Origin: Sphaerodactylus townsendi
Taxonomy: Eukaryota
Direction: 5' to 3'
Assembly: GCF_021028975.2 (NCBI RefSeq)
Contig: NC_059427.1
Coordinates: 72,292,001-72,356,000, forward strand
DNA length: 64,000 bases
How positions within the stretch are numbered: position 1 is the first letter of the stretch; the number at the start of each line of letters is the position of its first letter. Position numbers and translations under genes: made by a program. Below are positions 13,001 through 23,124 of the stretch, piece by piece. The notes below the pieces were generated by a model. It made no database searches. It saw only the letters and a list, made by a program, of their open reading frames with translations, and was not told where the DNA came from.

Positions 13001-15993
13001 AAACAGGAAGCAGAGATCAAGCATCTGAAGGAGTCGGTTTCAAGGGGACATCTCCTGTGGATAAGTGATTTAGATTGTAAGAGTAGGATTCGGGAAACCT
13101 AAGCTTACACTCCAACTCTGCCGTTAGGTGCGCAAAGTGACCTTGGGCTAGTAATTCACGTGCTAACCTACTTTGCAGGACTGTTGCAAAGATAAAAAGG
13201 GAAAAGGACAACCACATATGCTAACCGGAGTCCTTGGAGGAACTAAACAGACAGATACAGGGCAACATCTACAAATCGCTGCTCAACCCAGCAGGAGCAT
13301 CACAATTCATCAGAGGAGCTATATTTGTGCTATTATACAGCCCACATTATCACTACAGGTGATCTCTACCTTTGATGTAGGGGTTGCCAGTCTGATCCTC
13401 ACACAGCCGCAGGCTGGGCCTCTTGCGGGATGAACTGACCACACTTATGTCCAACAAGTCATAAATCAGCTCATTGTAGATCTCAAAAAAGGAGACCCAG
13501 ATGGAAAATTGCACATCCTCATTAGCCAGCAGTGAGATATTATCTGGGTCAACGCAGTGAGGACCAGTCTCTGTTGATGAAAACCCAGAAAGCTGTTGGT
13601 TAAGGTAAAGTGTCTCAAGCAAACTCAGTTTGCCTCAATAGATAAGACTTTCTGAAAATCTATCCCAAAGACGTGTTGTCATTCCTCTAGCTAGACCTGG
13701 CAGCTCACAACTGCTTTTCTCCAGTTATGATGCCTAATGAAAGAACGAATTTTCCCCAATGAAATCTCCCACATGCCTCTGATTGTTAAAGGAGGGACAG
13801 CTTCTAATTTAGGAGATCGCATGCAATTCAGATGTTTATAGAGGCCCATTAGTAATAGAACAGCTTTATTATAGACAGAAGACAAACCACTGAACAGAAG
13901 AAATCCAAAGGCTGTATACACAAAACATGCTGATATATCTCCATAACCTGCTCTACAACAGAGTTTCTGGTAGACTTTATACTTGCTGAAAAGTTTCTTT
14001 TACTTCACTCTTTGCTTGAGGGCTTAAGATTTGAGGTTCTGTATCTCCTGGTGAATTCCTGTACCCAGCTTAATTTTCAGAAAGGAGGAAAATCCCTGCC
14101 CCCAAAACTGAGGTTTAGGACAGTAGATACCTTCTAGCAAGTTGGAGGTTGTTTGATGGGTAGAGTTGCAGGTAGATGAGAGTCCACCCACACCACTGTC
14201 AATGCTAGTTCCTGTGCCGCAACTCTTATTCACAGAAGTAAACAGATCCTCCTACAAAGTCAGAAGAAAAAGCACTAAATCCCTGAGAAGGGTACCTTCT
14301 TTGATGTCACAGACTCCATTAGGGGCATGGAATACGCACCTCTTTCATCTTGCCACACAAGAGGTTCTGCTTCTTGGTTTCCTCCTGACAAACCTGTTTG
14401 CTGTCCAGCTGGATTACTTCACAGGAACGGAAGGGCTTCAGGTCTGTGTCCCGATACAGCTGTCTCCCAATGCTGCTGAATATCATTGCCAAAGAGCGAG
14501 GAAGGATCCCCCCATCAGTACCACATCCTACAAGCCAAGAAAAGAGAAAGGAGTTGAGAAATCTAGCCAAGTAGCTTCTGTTGAACAGAGAATGTTTCTC
14601 ATACCAGAAGGGACTAGATGCTTCTTACCCTGGACAGTATAGGTCTTCCCTGAATTCGTGACTCCATATGTGTAAACAAGCCAGTTTTGTCCATGAAGAA
14701 CATCCTTCACTACTTCCTTCATTGTTGCATCAAAAAAAGCTTTCTGGCCAACCTCTGGTCCAAAGACCTGCAATCCCAAATCCACGTAGGTTAGTTCTCT
14801 TTTGTTAGGTTAAAGTGTTTTTAAAAATCAGGAGTTTAGGGCTATTCACCATTTTCCCACTATATCTCTAGTGCCCCTTGCTGAGGTTCTGAAAAAACCA
14901 AGAGTATTATTCAAGAGCTTCTAAGAAAATTTCGTTTCAGAGGGTAGCCAAATACCCCTACCACCTTTTCACTGGGATATAAGACTCAGATATCTCCACT
15001 GCAACTTGTACCAGACAAAGGGAGCTTTGACATCTAAAAACCTACATCCCAAAAATCTGATGGACTCAAATCTAGTTGAGAGAACTGTGGTCCATTCTGG
15101 AGACCCAGAACATTGATGGGTCCATATCTCTTCAGAATCCAAGTACATACCTGGGTGAAGGTGAATTTATGCAGTGCCTGACCAATCCCTCGTTCGGTGT
15201 TTTTCATGGTGAAGGAGTCCTTGGGTGCTTTAAGTAAAAGGGTCTCAGAATTCTCAATACAGATGCAGCCCTGAGTAACAACAGTTAATATTTAAGGTTT
15301 TCTGTTTTCTGCCACAGTAGAAAAGGCCACTACTGTGGGCATATTGAATTTGCTCAGAAACATTCTTCCCCTCCATGTTGCACAAGAACATGGTTGATGT
15401 GGTCACTGACCCTACTTTGTCCCAGTCACTCACTTGATCCTCTGGTTTTTCCATCTCAGCTGGAGTCAGGGGCCTCACCCTTGCATACACTTTCACTTTC
15501 CTATTGTCATCAGAAGCAGCCTATCAAAGAAGTTGCAGAGAATTATAGATATCCATTACACTTACACAAAGGTATGTCTGGCTTTGCTATCCTGTTTTTT
15601 CTTATTATTGTTAATATTTCAGTCCGTTGGCTTCTTCCACTGCAATGTTACCCCCTGAACTCAGCAGGGAACAGACAGGACCATGATGCATATTTAAAGT
15701 AACAGTTCATATTAACACTAATTTTATTAATTCAGAGCTTATTGTAGAGGCCAAGGCCCATTGCTAAAAGCTAGCTGGCTTCCCCCATCAGTACAAGTCG
15801 TACCAACCGTCTTTTGAATCATGCCTCACATTATTCTCACCTGCTCATGGCTTGAAGAGATGGAAGAGAAATCTGGCAGAAGAGATCGGCAGAAGGAAGC
15901 TCCGCATTCTGCTGCAGTGGATTCCAGGACAAGAGCAGCTTCATCTTCACCATCAGAAATCAGCCCTCCTGGGGAGACAAGACCTTGGGCCAT
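6752..15993 (-). CDS. KIF20A: Kinesin-6 family protein KIF20A (MKLP2/Rabkinesin-6), complete spliced CDS, 18 coding exons, 2667 nt / 888 aa
   Basis: join(15993-15841,15520-15434,15270-15151,14767-14629,14527-14340,14251-14131,13570-13370,12997-12886,12740-12669,12250-12107,11884-11719,11295-11134,10635-10496,10387-10285,10048-9841,9056-8965,8751-8614,7072-6752). All introns GT-AG, phases consistent. P-loop GVTNSGKT, switch I NQNSSRSH, switch II DLAGSE, kinesin-6 loop-6 insert, coiled coil, C-terminus SPYSRILRSRRSP..FGKKR match recalled vertebrate KIF20A. Confidence 0.97.
8614..8751 (-). CDS. KIF20A: KIF20A coding exon 17
   Basis: NVRMLRSELQRIGESLQSAERACCHSTSAGKLRETLSMCDDILVKQ. Confidence 0.95.
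8965..9056 (-). CDS. KIF20A: KIF20A coding exon 16
   Basis: LRKYRKMVEPPPSAKAITVDVDRKLEEGQK. Confidence 0.95.
9841..10048 (-). CDS. KIF20A: KIF20A coding exon 15
   Basis: DRDEKIEELEAALQEAKQQ...AELSTAKE. Confidence 0.95.
10285..10387 (-). CDS. KIF20A: KIF20A coding exon 14
   Basis: EQVDAQKEILENMYEDKLTHLKELLTDYYQEQIE. Confidence 0.95.
10496..10635 (-). CDS. KIF20A: KIF20A coding exon 13
   Basis: DLMRVVEAVQSLLLKERQEKLMLEMHLRDEICNEM. Confidence 0.95.
10980..11091. mobile_element. Older related palindromic hAT MITE in a KIF20A intron
   Basis: caggagtgtccaact...agttggacacccatg with the same ctccagatgt/actacaattccc core; degenerate duplication gtgtagaa/gtgtacag. Confidence 0.75.
11134..11295 (-). 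CDS. KIF20A: KIF20A coding exon 12
   Basis: LIQAPSKVGLLTIQSLLKEQ...DVTVYEKE. Confidence 0.92.
11719..11884 (-). CDS. KIF20A: KIF20A coding exon 11
   Basis: VKQSVVPFRNSKLSRVFQGYFTGRG...YDETLHVAKFSAVATQ. Confidence 0.96.
12107..12250 (-). CDS. KIF20A: KIF20A coding exon 10 (switch II)
   Basis: [37 protein letters not shown]. Confidence 0.96.
12669..12740 (-). CDS. KIF20A: KIF20A coding exon 9
   Basis: SHSIFSIRILHLRTTSDEMDQKISE. Confidence 0.93.
12886..12997 (-). CDS. KIF20A: KIF20A coding exon 8 (switch I)
   Basis: DLTWINVQDADEAWKLLKLGRRNQSFASTHMNQNSSR. Confidence 0.96.
13370..13570 (-). CDS. KIF20A: KIF20A coding exon 7
   Basis: ...FSIWVSFFEIYNELIYDLL...LRLCEDQTGNPYIK. Confidence 0.95.
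14131..14251 (-). CDS. KIF20A: KIF20A coding exon 6 (loop-6 insert)
   Basis: EDLFTSVNKSCGTGTSIDSGVGGLSS... Confidence 0.9.
14340..14527 (-). CDS. KIF20A: KIF20A coding exon 5
   Basis: GCGTDGGILPRSLAMIF...GKMKE. Confidence 0.95.
14629..14767 (-). CDS. KIF20A: KIF20A coding exon 4 (P-loop)
   Basis: VFGPEVGQ...YTYGVTNSGKTYTVQ. Confidence 0.96.
15151..15270 (-). CDS. KIF20A: KIF20A coding exon 3
   Basis: GCICIENSETLLLKAPKDSF...HKFTFTQ. Confidence 0.95.
15434..15520 (-). CDS. KIF20A: KIF20A coding exon 2
   Basis: AASDDNRKVKVYARVRPLTPAEMEKPEDQ. Confidence 0.92.
15841..15993 (-). CDS. KIF20A: KIF20A coding exon 1 (start codon)
   Basis: MAQGLVSPGGLISDGEDEAALVLESTAAE..., donor CAG|GTGAG. Confidence 0.9.
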
Positions 15994-17249
15994 AGCAACC
16001 ACTGGCTGTTACTGCAAGAGATGCACACACATGAAAAAGAGATGGTCAAAACAGAAGCAGAGGATCCACTCAAACTTCATGCTCCTTTCCAGCTCCAACA
16101 GCAACACTATAATTACTAAGTGGGAGTGGCATGTGGGGACCTAGAGAATGCCCATCTCCCTGAGGCCACAGGAAGCTCATCCCATTCAAAAACAAATGGG
16201 GATTGCTACCTGGGTCCCAATACCACAACAAGTTTCCTAATCACTCCCTAACTTCATCAAACACACTCCCTCCTGGCATACAGAGCTGAGGTGCAACAAA
16301 AATCAAGCAAGTTCATGGATAGGGGATAGTGAGAATGCCTCCTTGCCCTGCCCTTTCTCTCCTCTTCCAACTTCACGAGTTTCCACTGCTAATAAATCTA
16401 GCCATAAATCTGGAAGATACTGGGGGAGTATTTTCAACTGAAGTAAAGGCATTTGATGAAAACTTTAGGATTATTTTTTGGAAGTACAAATAAGAGAAAA
16501 CTTTTCAAAAAAATAAGCTGCTGAATATAAATTTAAAGAATATGAAAAAATAATAAGAGCAGACAAAAATTGTCTGACAGATTTATGTGAGTTATACAAT
16601 AAAAAATAGAGAAATTTAACCATTACGTTACAAACTGAACTATAAACCCTGAGCTAATTCATACCTCAAAAGAAGAACAGCTGCAAAAGTGCTTTTGATT
16701 CTGTTTCCCTTTAGGTTTTTAGTAGCTTTATGGTCATCCACTTTTTAATAAAGGTATTTCTTTTTGAGCTAAAATAATTTATTATTTCTCCTAGCAGTAT
16801 AGAATCCTGGTAAACGAGTTGAGAGTTATTAAGAATTTAATCATTCAGTCAAAAGGGGGGAAAGTTCTTCAGCTTCTTAAAAGAAAGGTGGAGACATCAT
16901 GGCTATGTTCTAATGTAATGACAAACCATGACTATGGGAACAAGCTTCTGAAGTTCTTGGATTCCAATGCTCAAGTTACTTTCACAAGGAACTTAAAGAT
17001 GAGAATCTTATGCATTCTTGGCAAGCTGAAAGTTCATGCCTTCAATGCTTGAGTCACGTGAGGATGAGAGTATTATGAGTCTCAGAATTTCAAAGGCTCA
17101 TTGTCCTACCTGACACAGTAGGCTGCAATCCATGAAAACTCATAGTGAAATAAAGCTATAACAATTTTTTTTTCGCTTTGCTGAATTTGAATGCAGTCCA
17201 GATAATTCTAGGGCTTGCTTATTTGGGACAGCCATTTGAATTACTTAGT

Positions 17250-17520
17250 TTGTCTGAAATTGCCAAATCATTTCAAACTCATGGTGACCCTATAATTAAT
17301 CACCAACAAAAGGTCCCATCATGGTCATGTCTTGCAAGCTGAAAGCCATGGCTTTCTTGATTGAGTCAACCAATCTCATATTGAGTTTTTCTTTTTTCTT
17401 GCTGCCCAACTTTTCCTAGCATTATCGTTACCAGTGAATCTTGTCTTCTCATGATGTGACCAAAGTCAAATAGTCTCAGTCTAGTCATTTTAGCTTCTAT
17501 GATGAATGCAGGCTTGATTT
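17250..17520 (-). mobile_element. RTE/Bov-B-like LINE 3' fragment
   Basis: Minus strand reads FGHIMRRQDSL...MLGKV...RKKEKLNMRLVDSIKKAMAFSLQD; same family as 2200-2330. Confidence 0.7.
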
Positions 17521-17937
17521 CTCCCCAGAAGCTATAATGACTAAAGCAAGGTTATTGTACTTTGTCTTAGGAAGAATTTGATTTAAATCACTAGTCAGTA
17601 AGGCTTGTTTTAAATCATGGCTTTCTACATAAAGATTCATTCTTGATGGCATAATCTTAATGTTTACAACCAGATGAAGGTTTCATTGTTAGAATAAGAA
17701 CTATTTGGATTCGTTTTACAGTTATATTAAAAAATTACCAATTTGCTTATACTATTAGAAATAGATAATAATGACATTAGAGGTATCTTCAGTTTCATTT
17801 GGGCCATTAGGCCTCGCTGAGCATTCTGCATGCCTTATCCATAGGTAGAGGAATTTCAATAAAATATTCCCAAATTGGGTCCCTTTTACAGCCTGTTGCC
17901 ATTATAGATTTTCTCCCTCAGAAAGAGGACAATATGA

Positions 17938-17992
17938 TGCACCTCAGGCTATACATACAAAGATGTGCACCTCAGGCTATACACACAAAGAT
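17938..17992. repeat. Two-copy tandem repeat of about 27 bp
   Basis: tgcacctcaggctataca(t/c)acaaagat twice. Confidence 0.8.
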
Positions 17993-19671
17993 CCCAAGGC
18001 TTGTGGAGTATTCTGCCCAAAAGGATTCATGCTTGCCCCTCCCTTCTCACACTTAGCTCCTTGTGCAGCTCTATTCCACTCCAAACAATCTTCTGTTCAT
18101 TGAACTTCATAAAACTTGGTAGTTAAGAGGTAAAGGGTTGATTCTAGGTATATACATTTGCAAAGGGACAATGAGATTAAAACTTTTCTCTCACTTATGG
18201 CCCTTGCCTGGGCCTGGTGGAACTCCCTACTACCTGACATCAAGGCTCAGAGGAACCTTAGTCAGTTTCACAGGGCCTGCAAAATGGAGATGTTCCATCT
18301 GGCCTCCCTGTACTATCTTGTACTAACTTGCTAGCCTCCTTTTACTAACCCCCTCCTTTAGGCTATAGCAGGACCCTTGATGGATACCCTAATAGAATTT
18401 TAATTCTTAGTCACCATCACATTTGTCTTACTGTTTTTAATATTTATTGTGATCTTATTGCTTTTATGATTGTTGATTATATCTGAATTTGATGTTTTTA
18501 TGTTGTTTAAATATGTGTGTAAGGTGCCCTGAGCTCAGCCTTTGGCTGGGAAAAGGCAGGAATTTCATAAAATTAAAGTAAATAAATAAAATAAACTCTA
18601 TATGTTTATTTTATAGCATTTTTAATGTGAAGAAGAAACATGTTATTTCTGCAAACACACACATTCACAGTTTTGAGAACTGCAAAACCAAGCATCTGTG
18701 ATAATATCGTCTAGAGGGAAAAACTGCCCAAAATAATCTTACTGTAACCTTTGGAAGAGCATGACATTGTGAACAAATGAATGGAATTCATTTACCAAAA
18801 ACATTAAGCACTGCATGAATAACAGTATCATGCTGCATAGTTAAAAGCTATTATGAAAAACCTTTGCAGTATAACTTACCTTAAACAGAAAACAGTTTAA
18901 ACTATTTTCAGACAGATTTCTCCTCAAAAAGCATTTTATTTTAAAAATCCATTTAACGTTTTTAAAAAATGATTTTTATTTACCTTGCTTTGTATGGAAT
19001 TAAGTACAATTCATATTGCATATTCTCCCACAAAATTAAAATACCATAAATATTAAACCCAATGTATATTTTTTCCATAGTAGCTTTGGCAAATGTATTG
19101 TCGTCATCAATAGCAGATGGAGTTCTATGACTTTTAATATAAAATCCTTTCATGGAATACGCAACAGTCTATTATATGTTTCAGAGGGGAGTTGTTTTGG
19201 TCTGCAGTAGAAGAGCTAGATTTGAGCCCATTACCCCCTTAGTGACCAGAACATGTATGCGTTCCAGAATTAAAGCTTGGAAAAAGTAGTACCTGAGAAT
19301 GGAAACTTTGGTTCTCAAAAGCTCACACCCTGAAAATCTTGTTAAGTCTCCAAGGTACCTAGACTCAAATCGAGTTTTTATAATCTGTTACTTTTGGAGC
19401 TGTTGCTGCACATGAAGCACCAGGACAGTGCAGTGATCACTCAGTTGTAAAAAAAAAGTCCTCTTTCTGTTATGTGACTCGGAGGTCCTATGCTTACAAT
19501 TTAGCAGGCCTCATGCTAGTATGTGGGGGGTTAAAGGTGGGTCCTCGTCCGGAAAGTTTGAAGACCACAGAGCTATACAAGAAGCCTGGAAATGTTTGTT
19601 TGATATTTTTCTTACAATAAAGAGAGGTTTGGTTTCATCGCATCTTGTATTTATTGCTAAACAAACCTGGA

Positions 19672-19790
19672 CTAGTTGTGGGTTTTAGCTCTTTTCGAGC
19701 TAAACAAACCTGGTCTACCAGATCACGGCCACACAACCCGGAAAACCCACAACAATCAGTTGAATCCGGCCATGAAAGCCTTCGACAAAA
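19672..19790 (+). mobile_element. Very short Penelope pseudo-LTR 3' fragment
   Basis: tctaccagatcacggccacac...gaatccggccatgaaagccttcgacaa matches 53606-53696; preceded by a short inverted piece agttgtgggtttt. Confidence 0.8.
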
Positions 19791-20237
19791 CATGGACTAC
19801 ATTAATAGAGTAACCATCATTTGCACAAAGGGGCTAGATGGTAGAAACGCGATGCACCAAATCGCTTGCCGCGTGGTGATACGGACAAGATTCAAGTAAT
19901 GCACGTTAGCTAAACAACTTTCATTGCATTCTGCACGAACAATCACCAAACAACTCACATGATTTAAGCAATTAAGGCCATTACAATGGACCCTTAAAAA
20001 AAAAAAACAGAACTCCCTCCTTATTTAGCCAGCCCTCGAGATATACTCTTTGAAGTCTTTGAAAGTTACAGCAGTTTCATTCATGCAGAAAAGAAGCCCA
20101 GAGCCCACATTCATTAAAAATGCAAATCCGGGACTCCGGCAACGAATAGACCAGGCAAGGACATCTTCCCTCCAGCTCCTCAACTGGGAGCCCAAAATGA
20201 AACCAAGCCCCGGCGTCTCACCCAGCCCCTCACTCAC

Positions 20238-20320
20238 CCAACCCTTCGCCCGGTTAGTCCTCCGACGGATCCTCCAGTTTCCGTAAAGACCACGAGCGAC
20301 GGCCGAGCTCAAGACAGTCT
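20238..20320 (-). other. KIF20A: KIF20A probable non-coding exon 1 (5' end approximate)
   Basis: CpG-rich segment just downstream of CHR/CCAAT motifs, ending at a strong donor GG|GTGAGT at 20238/20237. The next exon has its acceptor at 16011, 18 nt before the ATG. Confidence 0.7.
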
Positions 20321-20480
20321 AGCTGGTTCAAATCTCGCAGCCGACCCGCTAAACCAATCAGAGCGCAGAACACAAAAGTTTCCCAATCACAGGCGTCGAC
20401 AGAGAGGCCGGCCTAAGGGACGGATGGGGAGGGGCTAAGCGGTTATCTCCCATTTTGGAAAGGAACCAATACTTGCAAGC
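20320..20480 (-). promoter_or_regulatory. KIF20A G2/M-type promoter: CHR element plus three CCAAT boxes in a CpG island
   Basis: TTTGAA on minus strand at 20332-20327; CCAAT at 20354-20358, 20383-20387 and 20466-20470; high CpG density about 20130-20650. Confidence 0.75.
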
Positions 20481-20735
20481 AGCTGTTGGCTTTGTTTTTC
20501 GTGCTTCGCCAGTCGTGGGAGCGGGGGGGGTCGGGGTGGATGGGCGTGAAGCGATGCAATGCAATTGCAGCCCGGGGAGCAAGAGAAACGACAGCTTGAG
20601 TTCGTTCCAAGGCTTTTCTATATGGTCGACCTCGCGAGACTCCCGGAGTCTACTGAATGAATTGTATTAAGTTGATTGTGTATACATTTCCTTCCGGAAT
20701 GTGAATAAAACGGAGCCACCCCGAACCAGATTTCT

Positions 20736-20807
20736 GGAGCCGACTGTTTTGTTCAGTCTTGCCCAATTCCCCGGAGCCGACTGTTTTGTTCAGTCTTGCC
20801 CAATTCC
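20736..20807. repeat. Exact 35-bp tandem duplication (37-bp period)
   Basis: ggagccgactgttttgttcagtcttgcccaattcc at 20736-20770 and 20773-20807. Confidence 0.9.
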
Positions 20808-22247
20808 ACATATGACTTCCATCTATTCAGGGCATGTAATCAATTACATAGCATTTTTGGAGGTCAAAACCACTTTTTTTTCCACCAGTGGATAAATTGG
20901 TTGGATCGAACTCCCTGCTTCAGTAGTGTTAGCAGGACAACAAGCAACATTCTCCAGCCCCTTCCTCAAAACTGTGGGTTAGCCATTATCTTGATTCCAT
21001 GTCTTGTAATGAAGGAACAGTGAATTTTCCAGCACTTGTTATGAAGAGGCAAACAGGCATCAGCATCTATCCATAAGGGAGCCAGGCTGGCATTGACCAC
21101 TTGATTGAGGAGACAACTGAAAATAAGCTGTGTTCCAGGGAGCCAATACGGGTTTCATTCATACCAATACTGAATCTGTTTGTCTTCAAACTGCAGGAAA
21201 GTCCATTTTGCTTTTGTTGCAAGCAGACTAACATGGTAACTTTCTGGAACGGGATGGTTTCAGTGTTGTAAGCAGCAAAGATACTTTGTTTTCTTACAAT
21301 AAAGTAACTTGTTATTCTCCCAATGCGCCCCCCCCCCCCCCCCCCCCCCGGTGTTCTGCCCAGTGACAGAACAACTGCCTTGCATCCAGAAGTTCCAGCT
21401 GAAATCTGGTTAGTAAATTTTGGCTTTCACTGCCTCTGACCCTGGAAACCCCAGAGCAGATGGACCAATGCTTTGACTTGTAAGAAAGGTTTATATATTC
21501 AGTTTTAATATTTTCTTAAAAGGAAGCCAACAGGGCTAAAACAGCATGAACAGAAACATCTGGAAACAGATACAGACAAGACTTATTCTGTAAAAATATA
21601 GAATTGGATTCAGTGCAAGGACCTAGCCAAGTCCATATGGAGATTCCCACTCTTCCTGGCTCTTTTGTCCCCTCAGCAGCCATTTTGACCATCAGTGGAG
21701 TTCTGCTCACACAAAAAAACAGGAAGGAACCATTTCTTTCAGCCTCCCCATGGCAGCTCCCCCATTTCAGCCTCCCCATGCAGCTTCCCCATTTGGCTAT
21801 CACTCCCCATGTTGGAAATGGCTGCTGGAGAAAGGAAAGATCTGGGCAGGTCCATGTCTGTGTGTGCTTTCTACTGATGGATTGCAGGATCTAACTCATA
21901 CATTGCTACCTGCTCACATTGGAGAGACCTTTAGGCATTCAGCTTGCAGACCACCCTTGGTATCTGCTATAGCCAGTCCTTTTGATTTGGAAGAAGCTGG
22001 GGGTGAGTGTGTGAGAGAGTGAAACAGGTAAATCTCTCATCAACAAACAACTTTTCCCTAAAGAAAGATTCAGGGTAGCAAAGTTGAACTTGCATTTCTT
22101 AATTATGAAGTAGCGATATACGTCTGATTCTTCAGCACCTATAAGGAAAAAGAAGACAGTAAGTCTCCGAAATCAGTTTCTCAAACTAGCTTTTGTCTGT
22201 GTTATACAAGCACCCTTCATGGGAGGCGGTATTAGGATGAAAGTCCA

Positions 22248-22560
22248 ATATAGAAATGGTTGGAATAAATATGGGAACAAATACAATTAGAAATTTTTGA
22301 CATAATGTCAAGAAACCAAATATGGCAAGAAAAATAAAAAAAATATGAAGTGGATCTGGACTGAATACAAGACTGGTTAAACGAAATTGGAATCACAGAA
22401 GAAAACTGGAAAAGAAGATTTGAAAGAATGGACCTGCTGCTGCACATTTAAAGAAGAAAAGGAAGGGGGGGAAGGGGGTAAAAGGATATGGAGGATGAAA
22501 TATAAAGATGTATAACATAAATTTGTAACAACCCAAAATATCAATAAATATTTTTTAAAA
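22248..22560 (+). mobile_element. 5'-truncated L1-type LINE 3' end with target-site duplication
   Basis: 14-bp direct repeat aggatgaaagtcca at 22234-22247 and 22561-22574; A-rich body, AATAAA and A tail. Confidence 0.75.
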
Positions 22561-22889
22561 AGGATGAAAGTCCATTCACTGTTTCTATCAGAAACCTCAT
22601 CTCTACCTTCCAGATGGGAAGGTCTGCTCATTACTGGGTAAGCCAAAGGGGTTTTCATGTTGACATGAGTATCAATGCAATCCTAAGAGTATTGTTCTGA
22701 GAATGTGCCAGTTCATAGCCTAGAGTAGGACTCTGCGTGGAACTGCTTAGGGTTGTTCTCTGCCTCACATTTGGGAGGCTTAAGCAGGGGTGCTGTATCT
22801 AAGACTATCTTGCAAATAAATCATTTGAATCTTGGCCCACTGGGGCTATGGCAAGAGAATAACTGATGTGACTACTCCTCATCTGACTC

Positions 22890-23124
22890 TCACCTTCTCA
22901 CAAAGGCTCGCATCTCTTCTGAGCACAGCAGTGCCTCTCCCAGCATCTGGAGCTGCTCCAGGACTTCCTGTTGCATCTCCACAGCAATGCGATGTATGTG
23001 GTGGTTGGAACTGTTGTACATGACTGCATTCTGGAACATCAGCATGAGGTCATGCTGAAACTGGACCATGTTTTGAATCAGGCCCTTGGAGAGGCTTTTT
23101 TTTATGCTGGAAAGATCCACTGGC
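22890..23124 (-). CDS. BRD8: BRD8 long-isoform last coding exon L6 (bromodomain 2)
   Basis: PVDLSSIKKSLSKGLIQNMVQFQHDLMLMFQNAVMYN...RAFVRR*; the stop overlaps a possible donor AG|GTGAG. Confidence 0.88.

Noticed and set aside
21328-21349. Long poly-C run (poly-G on the minus strand), possible G-quadruplex
   Set aside because: Simple homopolymer of unreliable length; no supporting context
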